From the NCBI GenBank assembly GCA_034430455.1, contig DAOUEO010000140.1, positions 1 to 41,471 of the forward strand: a stretch of DNA of 41,471 nt, read 5' to 3'. Below the pieces are notes generated by a model. That model was not told the DNA's origin. It was given only the letters and a program-made list of their open reading frames with translations, and searched no databases. Position 1 is the stretch's first letter; every line of letters begins with the position of its first letter. Source of the DNA: Dehalococcoidia bacterium. Its GTDB lineage: Bacteria; Chloroflexota; Dehalococcoidia; DSTF01; JALHUB01. A program made the position numbers and the translations under genes. Positions 38,030-41,471 of the stretch are shown here, piece after piece.

Positions 38030-38163
38030 AGGCGTCTCCCAGCGGGCTCCCGAGGCGGCTTCGCGGCGCCATTATAGCACCGGCCTTCCGCTTGGGCTCG
38101 CCTTGCGCCTGTGCTATCGTATGGGCGGGACATTACCCGAGACGATGTTAGGCGGGCACAGGG

Positions 38164-38826
38164 ATGGAGACCGATTTCACCGCCGCCCGAGAGAGCCTCA
38201 TCGCCGCCATCCGCCACGAGGTCAGGGACGAGCGGGTGCTGGCCGCGATGAGCCGCGTGCCCCGCGAGCGCTTCCTGCCGCCCGATCTCCACCGCTACGC
38301 CTACGACGACCGCCCCCTGCCGATCGGACACGGACAGACAATCTCCCAACCGCTGATGGTGGCGATAATGACGGAGGTGCTCCACCTGAAGGGGCACGAG
38401 AAGGTGCTGGAGCTGGGCACGGGGTCGGGCTACCAGGCGGCGATCCTGGCGGGGCTGGCGAGGCAGGTGGACAGCGTGGAGAGGGTGCCCGAGCTGGCGG
38501 AGAGCGCCGCCCAACGGCTGCGCGAGCTGGGCGGCCACAACGTCGCCGTGCACGTAAACAAGAAGGGGACGCTGGGCTGGCCCGAGGGGGCGCCGTACGA
38601 CGCGATCCTGGTGACGGCAGGGGCGCCGCAGGTGCCGCAGGAGCTTGTCGACCAACTGAAGATCGGCGGCCGGCTGGTGATACCCGTGGGGCGGCGCTAC
38701 GTGCAGGAACTCCTGTCGGTGCAGCGGGAGCAGGCGGGGACGAGGGTGACGCGGCACGGGCAGTGCCGTTTCGTCCCCCTGATCGGCTACGGCGCCTGGC
38801 CGGAAGAGAAGGAAGAGAGCGGGTAG
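38164..38826 (+). CDS. pcm: Protein-L-isoaspartate O-methyltransferase
   Basis: VPRERFLP......AYDDRPLPIGHGQTISQPLMVA, SAM motif VLELGTGSGYQAAILA, and GGRLVIPVG. Confidence 0.9.
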   Translation: METDFTAARESLIAAIRHEVRDERVLAAMSRVPRERFLPPDLHRYAYDDRPLPIGHGQTISQPLMVAIMTEVLHLKGHEKVLELGTGSGYQAAILAGLARQVDSVERVPELAESAAQRLRELGGHNVAVHVNKKGTLGWPEGAPYDAILVTAGAPQVPQELVDQLKIGGRLVIPVGRRYVQELLSVQREQAGTRVTRHGQCRFVPLIGYGAWPEEKEESG

Positions 38827-38992
38827 CGTTTCTAGCCTTTCACCGCCCCACAGACGCGGGTTGATGGGGGGAAACCCCCAAGAGCGCCCCCACCGGGAAA
38901 ATTTCTTGACATTTTTCTCCCGCCGCCGCATAGACAACTCATAACCCTGTGGTAAGATAGGGGCGCTCTTCCCCCTATTCGAGCCACGCGAG

Positions 38993-39922
38993 GTGATGGT
39001 CATGGTCACGGACGACCACGTCGGTCAGTTCCTCCACTATTTGTCCGTCGAGAAAGGCTCCTCCAGCAACACGATTGCCGCCTATCGAAACGACCTCTCT
39101 CAGTTCCGCACCTACCTCCAGGCCGTCACCAACGTCAACGGCGATTCGCCGCGCTGGGACACGGTCGACCGAACCCTCATCATCGAGTACGTCTCGGAGC
39201 TGAAACGCCGGCGCTACGCGGAGGCAACCGTTGCCCGGAAGATAGCCGCCCTGAAGGCATTTTTCGCTTTCCTCCATCAGGTCGAAGGGATTGTAAGGCA
39301 GAACCCCACCGAGAACGTAGGGTTCCGGGTCCCGAAGTCCCTTCCCAAGCCGCTGTCGATCCGCGAGGTGGACGAGCTCCTGGAGCAGCCGGCCCGTCTC
39401 ATCACACCGGAGGCGAAACGGGACAAGGCGATGCTGGAGTTGCTCTATGCCACCGGCCTGCGGGTTACCGAGCTGGTGTCGCTGGACGTGAACCACCTTC
39501 ACATGAACCGGCGCGCGCCCCACATCCGCTGCGTGGGAAAGGGCTCCAAGGAGCGCACGATCCCTATCCACAGGGACGCGCTCCAGGCGCTGGAGGAGTA
39601 CCTGGACGACGGCCGGCCGCGTCTGGTGCGGAACAAGCACCAGGCGGCCCTCTTCGTCAACCGGCGGGGGGAGCGTCTGACGCGGCAGGGCTTCTGGCTG
39701 ATCCTGAAGGGCTACGCAAAGGCCGCCGCAATCGCCAAGCCGGTTACCCCGCACACCTTGCGCCACAGCTTCGCTACCCATATGCTGAAAGGGGGAGCTC
39801 CGTTACGTAACGTTCAGGAACTCCTGGGCCATGCCAACATGTCGACCACCCAGGTCTACACCAAGCTCAGCGACGACATGGTGCGTCAGGTGTACGAGAA
39901 GGCCCATCCGCGAGCGAAGTAG
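38993..39922 (+). CDS. xerD: Tyrosine site-specific recombinase, XerD/XerC type
   Basis: N-terminal SAM-like domain (FLHYLSVEKGSSSNTIAAYRNDL), ATGLRVTELV, and a catalytic tail HTLRHSFATHMLKGGAPLRNVQELLGHANMSTTQVYT. An extended -10 TGgTAAGAT lies at 38950-38958 upstream. Confidence 0.85.
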   Translation: MMVMVTDDHVGQFLHYLSVEKGSSSNTIAAYRNDLSQFRTYLQAVTNVNGDSPRWDTVDRTLIIEYVSELKRRRYAEATVARKIAALKAFFAFLHQVEGIVRQNPTENVGFRVPKSLPKPLSIREVDELLEQPARLITPEAKRDKAMLELLYATGLRVTELVSLDVNHLHMNRRAPHIRCVGKGSKERTIPIHRDALQALEEYLDDGRPRLVRNKHQAALFVNRRGERLTRQGFWLILKGYAKAAAIAKPVTPHTLRHSFATHMLKGGAPLRNVQELLGHANMSTTQVYTKLSDDMVRQVYEKAHPRAK

Positions 39923-39967
39923 AGAATCCGTTCTCGGTTCAAGCTTCTGTCAGGAGGCAGCCAGGCT

Positions 39968-41471
39968 GTGAGACGTTTGGCTGCTTTCTTGTTTCCGGTT
40001 GTCCTGCTGCTCCTGGCAGGCGCCTGTTCCCACGAGGGGGCGCCGCCGACACCCTCTTCCGCGACAACGCCGACCCCACGGGCGACGGCCGCGACGCCGG
40101 CGACCACGCCCCACCCCGGAGAGCCCTCCCTGCCCCGGCGGGACATCGTGGATCTGGCGCGGCGGCTGCGCGGCGTCACGGGTGAGATACCGACATCGGT
40201 GAACCCAACACCGCCCGACTACGCCGTCGGCGACCGAAGCCTCTTCTACATCATGCAGTTCGCCTCTCCGGGAGAGGCCGCCGACGTGCCCCCGCAGGTG
40301 GTGGAGATCTGGGCCACCCTGCGCGTAGTCACTCCTCACGGCTACTTCTACACGGAGGACGGCGCGGACGTCTCCCAGGAGGACCTGGAGAAGGCGGCGG
40401 CGGCGTTCGAGGCTACCATCTATCCCACGGTCGCGGGCACCTTCGGGCGGGAGCGCAGCCCAGGGATAGACAACGACCCGCACATCACGATCCTCCACGC
40501 CCAGCTCGCCGGGGCGGCGGGCTACTTCAGCGACCTGGACGAGTACCCGCGGCTGGTGAGCCCCTTCAGCAACGAGCGGGAGATGGTGTACATCGACCTG
40601 CCTTCGCTGACGCCGGGGAGTGACATCTACATCGGCATCCTCGCCCACGAGCTCCAGCATCTGGTCCACTCCAACGGCGACCCCGACGAGGAGCTGTGGG
40701 TCAACGAGGGGCTATCGGAGATGGCGGCGGGCCTGGTAAGGGAGGGGAGCTCGATGGCCAACGATTTCCTCCGCGAGCCGGACACGCAGCTCAACACCTG
40801 GGACCCCTCAGGGAGCAACTACGTCCACTACGGCGCCGCCGACCTCTTCATCCGCTACCTCGCCCACCGTATCGGCGGCTCCGCGGCTCTGAAAGACCTG
40901 GTCTCCGACCCACTCAACGGCATGGCGGGCATCAGCGACTTCCTGCGGCGGCAAGGGTTTGACCTCGATTTCACTGACCTGTTCCGCGACTGGCTGGTCG
41001 CCAACTACCTGGACGAGCCAGCGGGCGGGACATACGGCTACCCCGATCTCGACGTCGCCGCGCAGCCCACGGCCACCCTCAGCGGGGCCACGAGCGGCGA
41101 GGAGACGGTGCACCAATTCGCCGCCGACTACATCGAGGTGAAGCTGCCGGCCGGCGGGGCGACCTTCACCTTCGACGGGGCGGACACCGTGCCCGCCCTG
41201 GCGAACGAGCCCCACAGCGGCCACGGGCAGTGGTGGTCGGAGCGGGGCGATGGCGTCGATACCACGCTCACCCGCGAGCTCGACCTGACCGGCCTCGCCA
41301 GCGCCACCCTCCGCTTCTGGACCTGGTTCGACATCGAGAGCTGGTTCGACTACGGCTACGTCGAGGTGTCGACGGACGGCGGCGCCACCTGGAAGGCCCT
41401 GCCCGGCCGCCACACCACCGACGACGACCCGCTGCGGCAGGCGTACGGCCCCGGCTACAGCGGCAAGAGCG
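39968..41471 (+). CDS. Lipoprotein zinc metalloprotease, M6/immune-inhibitor-A-like (3' end outside window)
   Basis: This frame is not in the ORF track because it has no stop inside the window. AGGAGG, 10 nt, GVG start at GTG 39968. Signal peptide with lipobox LLAGAC, a Pro/Thr linker, HELQHLVH...NEGLSE (HExxH plus downstream Glu) and YVEVSTDGGATWKAL. Strong GC3 bias. Confidence 0.7.
   Translation, partial: MRRLAAFLFPVVLLLLAGACSHEGAPPTPSSATTPTPRATAATPATTPHPGEPSLPRRDIVDLARRLRGVTGEIPTSVNPTPPDYAVGDRSLFYIMQFASPGEAADVPPQVVEIWATLRVVTPHGYFYTEDGADVSQEDLEKAAAAFEATIYPTVAGTFGRERSPGIDNDPHITILHAQLAGAAGYFSDLDEYPRLVSPFSNEREMVYIDLPSLTPGSDIYIGILAHELQHLVHSNGDPDEELWVNEGLSEMAAGLVREGSSMANDFLREPDTQLNTWDPSGSNYVHYGAADLFIRYLAHRIGGSAALKDLVSDPLNGMAGISDFLRRQGFDLDFTDLFRDWLVANYLDEPAGGTYGYPDLDVAAQPTATLSGATSGEETVHQFAADYIEVKLPAGGATFTFDGADTVPALANEPHSGHGQWWSERGDGVDTTLTRELDLTGLASATLRFWTWFDIESWFDYGYVEVSTDGGATWKALPGRHTTDDDPLRQAYGPGYSGKS

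Noticed and set aside
38880-38971. 11-bp perfect inverted repeat aagagcgcccc / ggggcgctctt flanking the xerD promoter, 70 bp apart.
   Set aside because: About one such repeat is expected by chance across the window. The arms are too far apart for a typical operator, and no supporting feature was seen.
38993-39922. Tyrosine recombinase as a marker of an integrated mobile element.
   Set aside because: The sequence is XerC/XerD-like (housekeeping chromosome dimer resolution). The flanking genes have native GC content, and no att-like repeats or phage or IS genes are adjacent.

Overview
High-GC (about 63-72% in hand-counted samples) bacterial chromosomal segment. The gene order looks Terrabacteria/Chloroflexota-like, which is inference only. 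Left to right: the 3' end of mraY and a tightly overlapping dcw cluster (murD-ftsW-murG-murC-murB-ddl-ftsQ-ftsA-ftsZ). Next comes a promoter carrying two NrdR boxes, then nrdR, a 96-aa unknown ORF and two divergent full-length class II (B12-dependent) ribonucleotide reductases in tandem. These are followed by yggS-proC-yggT with convergent yggU, recA-recX, and rny-ymdB-PHP phosphoesterase. On the minus strand lies a SipW-type signal peptidase / TasA-camelysin-like operon that also encodes two paralogous Cys-containing secreted proteins of unknown family. Further right are a zinc-ribbon membrane protein, a lipoprotein, tRNA-Val/Leu/Arg, an icd-like dehydrogenase, a CAU-anticodon tRNA and pabB-pabC. 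A peroxiredoxin gene follows whose frame carries an in-frame TGA exactly at the peroxidatic-Cys position, with a SECIS-like hairpin downstream (selenoprotein candidate, split in the ORF track). Next is a low-GC membrane-protein gene bracketed by a 67-bp direct duplication of the uvrC promoter and start. The window ends with uvrC, DUF72, pcm, a xerD-like recombinase and a 3'-truncated M6/InhA-like lipoprotein metalloprotease. I saw no CRISPR array, transposase, IS element or rRNA. The many long antisense ORFs in the track are GC-rich artefacts. The most interesting items are the Sec-peroxiredoxin, the promoter-duplicating insertion next to uvrC, the SipW/TasA-like module with its unknown paralogs, and the switch-like RNA element between the two nrdJ genes.
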